A DNA stretch of 64,000 bases from assembly GCF_009834535.1 (NCBI RefSeq), contig NC_045716.1, positions 22,816,001-22,880,000 of the forward strand, given 5' to 3'. The translations under genes and the position numbers were made by a program. Source of the stretch: Camelus ferus (taxonomy: Eukaryota). Below are positions 34,540-46,936 of this stretch, piece by piece; the stretch's first letter is position 1; each line of letters starts with the position of its first letter. Below the pieces are notes generated by a model. The model was not told where the DNA came from. It worked only from the letters and a program-made list of their open reading frames with translations, and did not search any database.

Positions 34540-35330
34540 CTTTTCCCAGCTTGCTCCGCGCAGAGAGGAGCTGAGGAGGAGGAGCAAAGTTACCAGTTCC
34601 CGGAGTCAACAGGGCTGTTGGGAAATGGTGTCCGTTTCCTCTCCCTCACAGCGTGACTGGGGCTATGAAGGAGTCACGTAAACAAACTACAATTCCCGGC
34701 GGTCCCCGCGCGCAACAGGTCAGGGCTAGGCTGGGGCCGGGTTCGCGGTGCTCGCTGAGGCGGCGGCGGCGGCTACGGCTGGAAGAGCCGGGCCGGGGCC
34801 CGCGGCGGAGGCCGTGGCTTGTATTGGGGGGGTGGCGGGGAGGGACGGGGGAGGAATATGGCGACGTCGGGGGCGAACGGGCCCGGCTCGGCCACGGCTT
34901 CAGCTTCTAATCCGCGCAAGTTTAGTGAGAAGATCGCGCTGCAGAAGCAGCGTCAGGCCGAGGAGACGGCGGCCTTCGAGGAGGTGATGATGGACATCGG
35001 CTCCACCCGGGTAAGGGGCCGCGCCGGGGAGCGGGAGCGGGAGCGGAGCTCAGCAGTTACCGACCCAGGAGCCGAGAGGCGGGGCGGGGGCGGGAGCCGG
35101 GGCGAAAGAGGCGGAACGCGGCAGGGGCAGCGGGCGCAGCCGTCTGGGAGGCGCGGGTGGAGGGCCGAGGGGCAGGAAGACGGATTTTGCGGGAGGAGGT
35201 CGAAAATACCAGAGAGGTTGAGGGTTTGGGAACGACTTGGGACCGAGTAAGTGAGGCGAGTGAGCAGAGAGAGAAGGTAGTCCCCGAAGCCCGGCGGAGG
35301 TAGGAGGTGGGTGGTCCTCGTGCATCCCTG
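34540..35330 (+). promoter_or_regulatory. CRTC2 CpG-island promoter
   Basis: Canonical AAACTACAATTCCC (ZNF143/THAP11-type motif) at 34684-34697; GCG repeats; high CpG density spanning exon 1. Confidence 0.8.
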
Positions 35331-38300
35331 ATTGAGTTCTCCCCGGGATTCTACCGAAGCATCTCCGATGTTGGGTTATGGGGTGGAGAGATGGCCTCTT
35401 TGCCCTCGTCTGGCTCCTCTGTGTTGATGATCTCCTCTAACCTGGTTCCTCTGTCCTGTTGTGCTACTCTCGGCACTTCACTATCTCCGGGAAAGGGCCC
35501 CTTGAGTGGTTTGAACGGCAGCGCTGGGTATGGGGCAGGAAGTCCCCTCCTGCGTCCCGTCCCTTTGCTTCCTTTTTCAAATACTTCTTGTGGTTTCCTG
35601 ACGTGAATGAAGGTGAGGTCCATTGCTCACAGACTGGTGCTTGGTGTTTTGCCCTGGTCGCCTTGGAGAAGAGATAGGGCTTTGAATCGCAAAAGAGGGT
35701 AACCAGTTGGCTATAGGTTGTGTAGAACCTGATGGTTTACTGAACTTATTAGAGAGATAGCTGCTTTGTGGGTCCCTTATGGGGTGCCTTAGAGGGTCTT
35801 ATAAGTGTAGGAAATATTCATTCCTGAGAAGTTTCAGGGAAAAAGTCCTGGCAAAGTTGCCTCTGAAGCCCCTCTAGCCTTGATTTCTTGCTTCCCAGGA
35901 CTGGATGTCAGAGAGAGTGAGGAGTGGGAAGTCATCCAGCTGGTATGCAGTCCTAATTTAGGGACACATTATTCTCAAAACAGCAGGTGAAGATATTGCA
36001 GTGATCCCTCATGTCAGGGAGCTAGCTAGGAGGAATTTATGGAGAGATGATGGAACATAAATACCACATTTCAAAGCGCTGCTGCGTTTCATTGAGCTTG
36101 TCTATGACTGGGACTCTGGTTGTATTTTTGTGTGTGTCTCCCTTAACTCTGTTAGTCTTTTTTGTGTTTTTTACCCCTTTGAGTCTCTAGAGACCATGTG
36201 TCCTAGTTTGTGGGAGTCAGAACAGAGAAAGTTAGGTGGGGAAGCAAATCCTGTGTGTGTGTACGCACGCACGCATAACTCCCTCTCACTGCCATGAGGA
36301 TCATGATCTGACTGTTCACTGCTCCTCTTTTAGGAGCTTTTGATCATGGTTGGGGCAGAGGCAAGAAGGTAGGCAAACTACTGACCTCCAGCTGGCAGCT
36401 TGAGGCCATGCCTTCTGGACTGTGACTCCAGCGAGGCATAGTTGGACCTTGGGGCTTGTATGTTACAAAGAAAGGCTCAAAAGTTGAGCATTCTATCTTT
36501 GTGATGCCTTGGTCTTTCAAAAGATCCCCTCCACCCACCTTGCCCCTACTGGGTAACTTCTCTTCTGAACATAAAAATCTCATGGGCATACATGGTCAGG
36601 GCCTGGGGACCCAAGAGTCTAAGGCTAGAAATTGGAGACCTTGGGGCCCAGCCTATTATCTGGCCATCTGGGAGGGCTCATCTGAGGCAGGTGTAGCCTT
36701 TGGGGCCTGTTCTGCTAAGAGGCTGGGGTTGTCATATGTAGTAGTAGCAGCCCTGAAGTGGCCCAAAGGTCAGCATAGTGCCCACCAGACTCACTGGGCT
36801 GACCTTTTGGAACAGAAAATCAGTTCTGATGTCAGTCCAGGCACAACAGTGTGCTCTTAGAACTCACCACTCACCAACTGCCCTGGGTCTGCTTATTTGG
36901 CTGTTGGCAGTGGCTGAGCCTCAGAAGTAGGTGCTCACCTCTCACAGAGGGACACGGGATCTGTAGGAAGACTGAAACTGTGCCAGGCTGAGGGTGGTGG
37001 TGTCTTACTCCACTGCTGCACATGTCTCCCCAAAGCGGGGATGAGGCCAAGGAGATAGCTCTGGGCCAGGCTGGAGTGGGCTACCGTGCCTTCTCTCACC
37101 CCCATCCAGGCTCCCCTGCCAATTCAGGGGCTTTAGGACCGGGTAGAAGAATGCTTCTTGGTTTGGGCACTGTTTTTTCAGCTAGGAGAGCCATCATTCC
37201 TTATTTGTAGAGTTTGTGAGGTGCAGGCTCTTTGTAACCTTCCTGAGGCTGGGCAAACGGCAGAGCCGGGAAGCCTGTGCCTGCCCTCCAGAGTGGGAGG
37301 GAAAGAGGCTGGCACTAATGGCTCCATGGCATCCACCTGTGGCCCTCCGCTTGTCTTCCAATTAGTCCTGGACGCATCTGGAAGGGAAAGCAGAGGTGCC
37401 TAATAGGCACCCTTCCCCAGGAGTTAGCCCATGTGACTAGCCTGGGGGCACCTGGCCGCCCCTCAGGGACTCTGTTTAGACTGATGCCAACTGGAACAGG
37501 CCCTGAGCAGAGTGTCAGGCTCCGCCTGGCAGAGTGATGCCAAAAATTAGTGATAGCACCAATGAGGGTAGTGTGCAGAGGAGCCAGGGCAGTGTTTGCA
37601 CCAGGTCTCAGTGGACCTGCCCCTGGCGCTGGTCTTTCTTCTGGTAGATCTCTTAAAAGCCACAGCAGTAGTAGCATGTCCTGGAGACAGGGATGGCCAG
37701 GGTGGCCACAGGAACAGTGCTCAAGACCCTCCCTAACACTCCCATCTGTCCTCCATGTCTCAGTTACAGGCCCAAAAACTGCGATTGGCATACACAAGGA
37801 GCTCCCACTATGGTGGCTCTCTGCCCAACGTGAACCAGATTGGCTGTGGCCTGGCTGAGTTCCAGGTGAGTGGACACCAGCCTGGGAGAACACGGGCTCT
37901 CAGGCAGCTTCCCCCTGTTGNNNNNNNNNNNNNNNNNNNNNNNNNNNNNNNNNNNNNNNNNNNNNNNNNNNNNNNNNNNNNNNNNNNNNNNNNNNNNNNN
38001 NNNNNNNNNNNNNNNNNNNNNNNNNNNNNNNNNNNNNNNNNNNNNNNNNNNNNNNNNNNNTATCCTTCACAGGGGTCTGGGGAGTCTGGGGGGCAGTGGG
38101 ATGGTGTTCCTCAGGAACTTGTGGTAGGGAGGGACCTGAAGCACTGTCCAGACCCATCCTCCAGAAGTTCTTTACCCAGCCTCCCTGAAAAGTGACAGTC
38201 TGGCCCAAGTGCTGGCGCCGGCTCCTGAGGCTGTGCCCTCCATCTCTGGCTGGCGCTGACTGTCCTGACTTCAGCTTGCTCTTTGCTGGTAGAGGCAGGG

Positions 38301-41300
38301 CTCCCTGATATGTCTCCTGCTAAAGGAGGTTTGCGTCCCTCTTCCTTACATTTCTGTTCTTAGCTTTCAATCTGAGACCTCCACAGACCTCTCTCCCCCA
38401 AGCCCTGCCCAGATATTCTCCTATATTTTGCTGACTCCACTAGGCCTGATTCCCTTTTTCTCTTCCATTCTTTGCCTGTTCTGTTGCTCCTTGTAGAGGA
38501 GGAGAAAGGTGTTTGTTTCTTCAAACAACTCATCTGCTGCCTCCACTACTTTTATCTGGTCTCCCTCCCATCCATCCCCTCCTCACTCTCTTCCTTAACT
38601 GATGCTCTTCACATTGACAGCTCTCCATACAGTCCTGCCTACTTGTCTCCTCCCCCGGAGTCCAGCTGGCGGAGGTCAGTGTCCAGGGCAGACAGAATCT
38701 CCTGCCCACTCTCTGACTTGTCTCTGGCGGGAGCTTGGGTTGGGTCTGAGCCTGTGGGCTAGGCTTCCAGCAGTATCTCCTCGCCTAATGCCAGGGCTGG
38801 GAGGGGAGGGGGTAGGTGGAGTAGGTGGGTCAGAGTCCGGTCTTGGCCATGTTGACACGGGTGGCCAAGCCTCCCAGTCTGACCAGAGCAGGACCAATGG
38901 TAGCTGGGGTGTGTGTGTGAGGGGGAGGGGAGAATGGCAAGGTGGCAGGTGAAAATGGCTGCCTCCTGTCAAGAGTGGGTGTCAGACGTAGTATTCTGGC
39001 ATGTAGGTTTCTGAACCCTGCCTCTGTCCATCTCATCCCTAATGCTCATTCCCAGCAGAGCTGCTGAGCTCCAAGATTCCTATTCAGCTTGTCCTGGCAG
39101 ATAGAAGTTGAGAATTTCCTGGTCTCCTAGGTTGTTTGGGAAGAGGGTTCATGGATCACAGATCTCAGAAGAACCAGAAAGAGGCGTGATCCTGGGTGCC
39201 CAGCCCCCTCTACCTTGGCTGCCCCACATTTTCCAACCCCCATCCCTGCCTCTGGTCCATTGCTAGCCTTCCTCCTGATGACTTTGTTTTTCCATCCCAG
39301 GACAATGCCCTGGGGCAATTTCCCTGCAGAGAAGGGGCAGTTGTTTCGACTACCATCTGCACTTAACAGGTGATGGCCCTCGCCTTCTTTAGGCCACATC
39401 TCTTCTTCTCTGTAGTTTCTGGGGCCCTACTCCCTCAACCCACCCTGTCCCAGCCCAGCTAGTGTTTTCCCCAACTGAGCAGGGCATGAGGACCAGGAAG
39501 CCTGTCAGTGCTGTCAGCTCATCTCTGTTCCCCCAACAGGACAAGCTCTGACTCTGCCCTTCACACAAGCGTGATGAACCCCAGCCCTCAGGACACTTAC
39601 CCAGGCCCTGCCCCTCCCAGCGTCCTGCCCAGCCGCCGTGGAGGTAAGTGGCCACGTCCCAGGGTCCCGGGTAGCCATGGAGCTTTTGTTGGAAGCAGGT
39701 AGGCAGGTGGGCATAGCAGCCAACTCCACTGCCTCCTTTGCAGGTTTTCTGGATGGTGAAATGGACTCCAAAGGTATGTGTTTGTCAGCACGTTCAGCAG
39801 GTGGGAGCTGCATGCCAGAGAACTTCTGGGCCGGTGCTGGGGGTTTAGTGCAGGGCCACGGAAGTGGGACTCCCTCCTGCCTGCCTCTGCTCCCTGACCT
39901 GCCTTACTGGCTTCTCCAGCCCTCTCATCACCAATCTTTCTCTTTCAAGTCCCTGCTATTGAGGAGAACTTGCTAGATGATAAGCATTTGCTGAAGCCAT
40001 GGGATGCTAAGAAGGTAGGCGTGGCCCGTGGTCCCTCCTCTTTCCCTGGGGCAAGTCTTCAGGGTCCGCCACTGAGTCCTGTCCTCATTTGCCACATTCT
40101 TCCCTCTCCTCAGCTGTCCTCTTCCTCCTCCCGACCCCGGTCCTGTGAAGTCCCTGGAATTAAGTAAGTACCTCTATGAAGTTGGCTGAGGGGTGGGGGA
40201 GGGAAGTAACAGGAAATGTGGGCGGCTGATCTCCGCTCTTCCCTGTCCACTGCCCCCTCCCACTTACAACTTGTCCTCTCCTTTCCCAGCATCTTTCCGT
40301 CTCCTGACCAGCCTGCCACTGTGCCTGTCCTCCCACCTGCCATGAACACGGGAGGCTCCCTACCTGACCTCACCAACCTGCACTTTCCCCCACCGCTGCC
40401 CATCCCTCTGGACCCAGAGGAGACAGCCTACCCCAACTTGAGTGGGGGCAACAGTACCTCCAATTTGACCCACACCATGACCCACCTGGGCATCAGTGGG
40501 GGCCTGGGCCTGGGCCCAGGCTATGATGCGCCAGGTGAGTGGCTGTCCTAGCGAGGTATCCATGGGGTGCTGTCTGGCTGGAGGGACAAAAGAGTGGGAG
40601 GCTTGAGCACCTGGGATCCTCCTGTGACTGCCCACACCAGCCCCTCACCTGTCCAACCCAGGATTCCCTCCCTGCAGTTTTCTGCCAGGGAGAACTGGTA
40701 GGTGTGGCTTCTCCTAGAAAGAAGATGGAGAGCAACTCCCAAGCGGGCAATGCCAACCTCAGTGTCAGGGACAGAGTAGGGAGGACATTGTGTTGCCACT
40801 TCCATAGTCTGGTCACTGCTCCCCATTCTGGGCAGAAACGGGCCCAGTTCCCATCAGTAATGTTGGCATCTCTGGTTTTTTTGTCTGTGCCTACAGGACT
40901 TCATTCACCTCTCAGCCACCCATCCTTGCAGTCCTCCCTAAGCAATCCCAACCTCCAGGCTTCCCTGAGCAGTCCTCAGCCCCAGCTCCAGGGCTCCCAC
41001 AGTCACCCCTCACTGCCTGCCTCCTCCTTGGCCCGCCATGCACTGCCCACCACCTCCCTGGGTCACCCTTCACTCAGTGCCCCGGCCCTCTCCTCCTCCT
41101 CCTCCTCTTCTGCTCCATCTCCTGTGCTGGGTGCCCCCCCTTTCCCAGCTTCTACCCCTGGGGCCTCCCCCCGCCACCGCCGTGTGCCCCTCAGCCCCCT
41201 GAGTTTGCCCGCGGGCCCAGCCGACGCCAGAAGGTCCCAACAGCAACTGCCCAAACAGTTTTCGCCAACAGTGTCACCCACCTTGTCTTCCATCACTCAG

Positions 41301-43888
41301 GTATGCGTGGCTGCCTTCCCTACATGTCTGTCTCCCTTCCCCTTCTCTTCTCCTGCCAACTTCTCTCCCTCCCACCCGGTTTTCCTCAAATCCCTCTTCT
41401 CTTTACTTCCTATGTTCCTGGTGTCCCATTCCCTTCCATTCCTCTGTCCTCTTCCTGCCCCACCTTTCATCTTGTTTCCTCTTGACTTTAGAGTACAAAC
41501 CCTGGGGTTAAGCTTTCTGATGTTAAATCCTCACCCCGCCTCTTACTAGCAGTCTCCTTGGCTAGTTATTTAACTTTTACGAGCGTCCTCATCTAGAAGA
41601 CAAGGCTGGTATTGTCAGAACTGAAGGAAGTGAAGTTCTCAGCCCTGTACCTAGCCTGGTCGCACGCTCAGCAGATGGTAGCCTGTCCTTTCCCTTTTCT
41701 CCCTTTTTTGTTCCTGTCCTTCTTTTCTTGCCTGTTTTTCCCTCCTGCCTCCTTCCTGTCCCATCTCCTCTCCATCTCCCCTCCTTCTTTCCTAGATTTC
41801 AGAGAGTTAGAGACTGTCAGATTGTGGACATTTTACAGACAAGGAGGTTGGGGCACAAAGGGAAAGTGACTTTCCCAAGTTTATACAGCACGTTAAGAAC
41901 AGTTGGAACCAGAATTAAAGCTTCTTAGTTTAGCATTTTTTCTTCAATGTTCAAATCCTTAGCTCTTCCCTCCGTCACCATCCTTCTCTGTTTTGCTCTT
42001 TCTGCTCCCCACTCCTTCTACCCTAATGCTCTCATTCCCTCTCCTCTGCCCTACTCGCCTCTCCTTCTCTGTTGTTCGCTCTTCCCTGGAATGTGTGTTC
42101 TGTGCTCCATCTTTACATAGGTCCCCTTTCCTGTAGGAAAGACTAAGGCCAGGCCAGCAAGGGCTTTGCTCTCTTGGAGCGAGGTTCACTCCCCTTCTCC
42201 TTCCCTCCTTTTCCCCTCCTTCCTCTCCAGCTCCCTCTGGCCTCTTCAAGACTTTAGAACAGTAGTTCTCAAGATCACTTTTGTGTGATCAGTCGCTTGT
42301 GAGTTGTCACAAGTGGTTGATTACTAGCAGTAGTTGAAGTACCAAGGTTTAGGAACAGTTTACTTCTGGAGTGGATTCCAAATTATTCTCGTGTTAGCCT
42401 CACTCAGTCTCTTTCATTCTGAGATGAATTTTTGAGTAATCGCACCCCAGGGATGCCCAATGGAATGCTGTCAGATTTGTGTTGAGCTTAAGAGGCTGGG
42501 AAGCCCTGATGAAGACTTCCTTTTAGGGAGCGCACTGAGGGCTAAGCCCCCCCTTTTCCTTGCTTCTCTTTAGGGCGTCCCCCTGGACACCAGTAAGCTG
42601 CCCACTGACCAGCGACTGCCTCCATACCCATACAGCCCCCCAAGTTTGGTTCTGCCCACCCAGCCACCCACCCCAAAGCCTCTACAGCAGCCAGGTCTGC
42701 CCTCCCAGGCCTGCTCAGTGCAGCCGTCAGGTGGGCAGCCCCCGGGCAGACAGCTGCATTACGGGACACTGTACCCACCCAGCTCCAGCGGGCATGGGCA
42801 GCAGTCTTACCACCGGCCAATGAGTGACTTCAGCCTGGGGAGTGTGAGTACCCAGGTCCCTACTCGGAAGCAGGGGAGGGGATGGGGGTGGGTCAGAAGA
42901 GCCTGAGTGGTATCTCAAGGATGCTCTGAATTGGGAGATCTAAGTGGGGGAGATCCTCCCCCCCACCCCCTAACAGAGCACTGCCAACTTGGGGTCCCCC
43001 TCTTCCTGCATTTGACCCCACTCCTGCTCCTCTCCCCAGCTATCTCTGCGCAGCTTGCTCTTTGGTGACTACTGCTTTGACCTGTTGTCTTCCTGGCACG
43101 CACATGCTCTGTCCCAGTAGGTACGGTGCCCACACCTACTTTGGGCCCCGTGCTCACTTGCGTCGCTCTGCTTGCTGCCGTCTCCCTCTGTCTCTGCTTT
43201 TGTTCCCGAGGTGGGGGTGGTGGGGGGAGGGGTGTGCAGATTACTGGGCATAGGGGATGCATTAGCCCAGGGCTCGGCCAAGGCAGGCAGGAACACCCTG
43301 TTCTGAAGCCTGCTTCCTCAAGGTCTGTCTGTGTGTCCATAGCTGGAGCAGTTCAGCGTGGAGAACCCATCCACCAGCCTGGCGCTGGATCCCCCCAGCT
43401 TTTCTGAAGGGCCTGGATTTTTAGGGGGTGAGGGGCCAGTGAGTGGCCCCCAGGACCCCCATGCCCTCAACCACCAGAACTTAACCCACTGTTCCCGCCA
43501 TGGCTCAGGGCCTAACATCATCCTCACAGGTAAGAGGGGAGGATGGTGACAGGGGCAGGAGGGCAGTGGTGGAAGGAGGGTGTGATACATTGGTTGGCGC
43601 AGCAGGGGACTGAGGGGGTCTTGGAAGAGTTCAGTGGGTGTGGGGTCCTCACTCATCTCTTCTGCCCACACAGGAGACTCCTCCCCCGGTTTCTCTAAGG
43701 AGATTGCAGCGGCCCTGGCTGGAGTGCCTGGCTTTGAGGTGTCAGCGGCTGAGCTGGGGCTGGGGCTGGAGGAGGAGCTGCGCATGGAGCCACTGGGCCT
43801 GGAGGGGCTCAACATGCTCAGCGACCCCTGTGCCCTGCTGCCCGACCCTGCTGTGGAGGACTCGTTCCGCAGTGACCGGCTGCAGTGA
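34858..43888 (+). CDS. CRTC2: CREB-regulated transcription coactivator 2 (TORC2), about 690 aa; exon 3 hidden in N-gap
   Basis: Exons 34858-35010, 37764-37865, [gap 37921-38060], 38613-38674, 39301-39369, 39540-39643, 39744-39773, 39950-40014, 40114-40163, 40290-40534, 40897-41300, 42574-42843, 43343-43529, 43674-43888. Contains N-terminal [34 protein letters not shown] sites RTSSDSALH and GGSLPDLT, and ends [14 protein letters not shown]. Confidence 0.96.
37921..38060. other. N-gap (140 nt) covering CRTC2 exon 3
   Basis: Run of N ending exactly at a U12-type donor. Confidence 0.9.
38060..38612 (+). other. U12-type (minor) intron of CRTC2, probably AT-AC
   Basis: [N]TATCCTT at 38060-38067, branch site TTCCTTAAC at 38591-38599, terminal AC at 38611-38612; the next exon opens in frame as IDSSPY. 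Confidence 0.85.
41790..41930 (-). mobile_element. MIR fragment
   Basis: ATTTTACAGACAAGGAGGTTGGGGCACAAAGGGAAAGTGACTTTCCCAAG. Confidence 0.55.
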
Positions 43889-44299
43889 GGGCTCCTCATC
43901 GCCATCCCTCTTCTGGGGCCTGTTCCCCGTCACTGTCCTGTTCCTCCCTTCCCCCTGGCCAGTAGAGACTCCACTCTCTGCCCCCAGATCCTCTTTCTAA
44001 CATGAATGAGGGATCCCAAGAATGAGAAAAAGCAAGGGGTTTGTCCAGGTGGCCCCTGAGTTCTGCACAGGGGGCGGGCCTGGGGGAGCTCAAGGGAGGG
44101 CCTAAAGCACTTGTAACTTTGAACCGTCTGTCTGGAGGTCAGAGCCTGTTGGAAAGCAGGGGGCAGAGGGGAGCCCCAGAGGCAGGGCTTGTCCGGATGC
44201 CTGGGGTGGGCAGTGCCAGCCCCTCCTCACCACTCTTCCCCTTGCAGTGGAGGAGAGAGCCAGAGTGGATATTATTTTTTATTAAATATATTATATGTT

Positions 44300-44305
44300 A
44301 ATAAA
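44300..44305 (+). terminator. CRTC2 poly(A) signal
   Basis: AATAAA in an AT-rich patch about 410 nt after the stop. Confidence 0.8.
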
Positions 44306-45269
44306 AAAATCATTATCAAACCCTTGGCGTGGTTGGGGGAGTTCTTGGGGCACAGGACCCTTTTATCTGTTAAGTTTTGGGCATCTTCTCAACATGTGGT
44401 TTGTGGAGGGGCCTCCAGCCTCAGAATTTGTACTCAGCATTGGACATGGGGGTCCGGGCTGGGTGTAGCCTCCTTTAGCAGCACACGTGCCCTCTCATCT
44501 GCCCAGGGCTTTGCTGTAGTATCAGGTGATGGGGCTCTGACTGGCGAGGCAAGCTACTGCCCTTCTTCAACGCTGAGGCCTGGCAGTGAGTTGGGAGGTG
44601 AGGAGCAACTGCTGGCTGAGCTCTTGGCTCTGGATGTTTCTGGTGGTAGAATGACCCCAGCTTTCCCCAGGGTAGCTGGCCTCAGTGTTAAGGCTTCCAA
44701 AGAGAAGATTTAAAAACTGCTGATGCCAGGTAGGCCCCAGGTTGGCTCCCTCTTTATGGCCTTTAAGCCTAGAGGGCCTGGTTACATCTACCTGGCCAGC
44801 CTCTGACCCGGTTCTCCTAAGGCTCATTCCTGACCCCTTGCTATGTGTGAATTCACTTCATCCTCCCCCATCCTCTCCACTCATTGATTCACAGATGCTT
44901 GAGTGCTAACCTTGTTCTGATAGTTTCCTTTTCCTGGCTTGGGTTGCTAGCCCTCTGACCAGCTGAGCTTCTGCCCTCTTCTCTTCCCCACACAGCACAG
45001 TCAGAAGAGTAGTGCCCTTCCTCAGTTACCCCCACCTCTGCTGCTCTTCCACACCCTACAGTCCTGGCCTCTGCTCTTCCTCTTTTCAAAGCTGTTGTCA
45101 TTTTCAGAAAAGAGAACTGAGAGCTTCTGGCTAAGGCTAGAAGGGAATGCAGTGTACCCTAAATCTGAAAGTAGGGGGAGCTACCAGGGTCTCCGCAAAC
45201 CAGGTTTTCAGGGCTTTCCCCCTGGCAGGCAAGCCACATCTGACTAGGACCCAGGGCGGGATGGGAGCG

Positions 45270-46420
45270 AACCTCGGACTTCAGGGGCCGCCTGGGGTCA
45301 GTGTCCTGCGGCAATGGCCGAGTGGTGGGAAGCCGCCTGGGTGCAAGGGGCCCTCCCAGCCGCCAGGGGTCGCGCTGCAGGCGGCTGGGCGCTGGGCAGG
45401 CGCTGCCAGGGTCACGGCCGCCGGCCGGGGAGGGGGGTTGGGGGGAGCGGCGGCGCCCGCGGCCCGGTAGGGGGGTGGGGGGAGCGGAGAAAGCGGGGCG
45501 CGCGGAGGAGCACCCGGTCTCCAGTGCGGCGGGAGCCGGGACGATCGCGCGGCGCAAGCGAGCGGCGCGGAAGCACAGTCCCCGCGTGGCGCAGCGCGGC
45601 GGGGACGCTGGGATCGCCTGGATCTCCCTCCACGGCGCCCCGCGCCCCGGAGCCCTCCGCCGCCTCTTCCTTCACTCGCCGCCCCGGCGGGAGCGGCGCC
45701 CGAGTCCGTTGCGCCATGTCCGGGGCCGGGTAGCCCAGCCGCCCGCCGGCCCGCCAGCCCGCCCTCCGAGCCACCCGCCCGCGGGCCGGCCGGCCGGAGC
45801 GTCGCGGGGCAGGCAGGTAGGGGCTGGACCGGGCGGGGCAGCGGGCGGGGAAGGAAGGGAGGGAGCGCTGGCAGGGCGGGGGCTCTCCCCCAGCTGTTCT
45901 CTGGCGCTGCACATCTGGTTCCGGTTCCTCTCCCCTGGGGAAGTGAAAGTGGAGGGGAGGATGCAGCCGGGAGTTAGCTAGCCGTGCCCCGGCGCCCTGC
46001 ACCCCTCCTGCTCCCGTGGGTCCGGAGCCCGAGCACCCCTCCCTCCTGCCCGGGTCACGCGGCGGCCGGCGCTGCTGCCGTCACGTCCCCAGCGGCCACG
46101 CACCCGCTCCTCTCTGCCCTCCTGCTCCTTCCTCTGCCTCCTCCCGCTAGGCGCGCCCTTTGCCCCAACCCGAACTTCCCGTCGCCTGGCTTGTGGGCGT
46201 TGGGACCCAGAGTGGCGCCCTTGCCCCTTGCCTTCCCCAATGAGAAAGGGCTGCCTTCTGCAGGACTCTTCCTGGCTCGGTGAGGAGGCCAGGCTGCCCA
46301 GGTCCTGCCGATGGGTACCACGCGCCCCTCAGCTTGGTCCCACCTCGTGGCTCCCGCATGTTGCCTGGGGCATGGGGCATAGGGCTCCCATTCGCCTGCA
46401 CTGGACGAGACACGGGGCTG
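45270..46420 (+). promoter_or_regulatory. DENND4B CpG-island promoter and non-coding exon 1
   Basis: Very high CpG density and G-runs; donor GGCAG|GTAGGG after 45816. Confidence 0.7.
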
Positions 46421-46868
46421 TGTCCCAGAGCTAAATCAGGAGGCTGACGCTGACTCCTGGCTTCACCTCGCAGATGTGGAGACTAAATTTAGCAGGAGTT
46501 GGGGGGGGGGTGGCCAGAGCCCAGGTTAAGGAGACAACCAGCCTGGTTCCATGAGATTCCGTCGTCCCATCTTCCCTGGGGAGGAGTGGGAGGTTAGGTA
46601 GGACTGTACATCCTGGATCCAGTCTGAGCTTTCTAAGCCTTGTTGCAGGTCCTTTAGTCTAAGGTTCCAACTTGTCATGATGCTGTGTTGGAGCCTTCAA
46701 CATTATCTTCACCACCACCACCACCATCACTGCACACACCCATAGGCTGACTTCCGCTGAGCTGCAGCTTCCCCTCCACTGTTTCAGGAAGTCACCTCCC
46801 TTCCCCTCTGAAGCAGTCCCCACGCCTTCTGTCCTCTGCTGCAAGCCACCCACCAAGCGCTTTCCCAG

Positions 46869-46936
46869 CTTCTGCTCCCTGGGGCACCCAGGGACCCTTG
46901 GGGCTCCTACTCCCTGGGGTTGGGCCATGGAGGCAG
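46869..46936 (+). other. DENND4B: Alternative DENND4B upstream exon carrying an in-frame ATG (MEA...)
   Basis: Acceptor TTTCCCAG| before 46869, GCCATGG at 46924-46930, donor GCAG|GTGAGA after 46936. Splicing to 47672 gives [18 protein letters not shown] in frame. Confidence 0.65.

Noticed and set aside
45301-46002. Overlapping 226-aa (+) and 196-aa (-) ORFs upstream of DENND4B
   Set aside because: GC-island artefacts with low-complexity A/R/G/P content, open on both strands.
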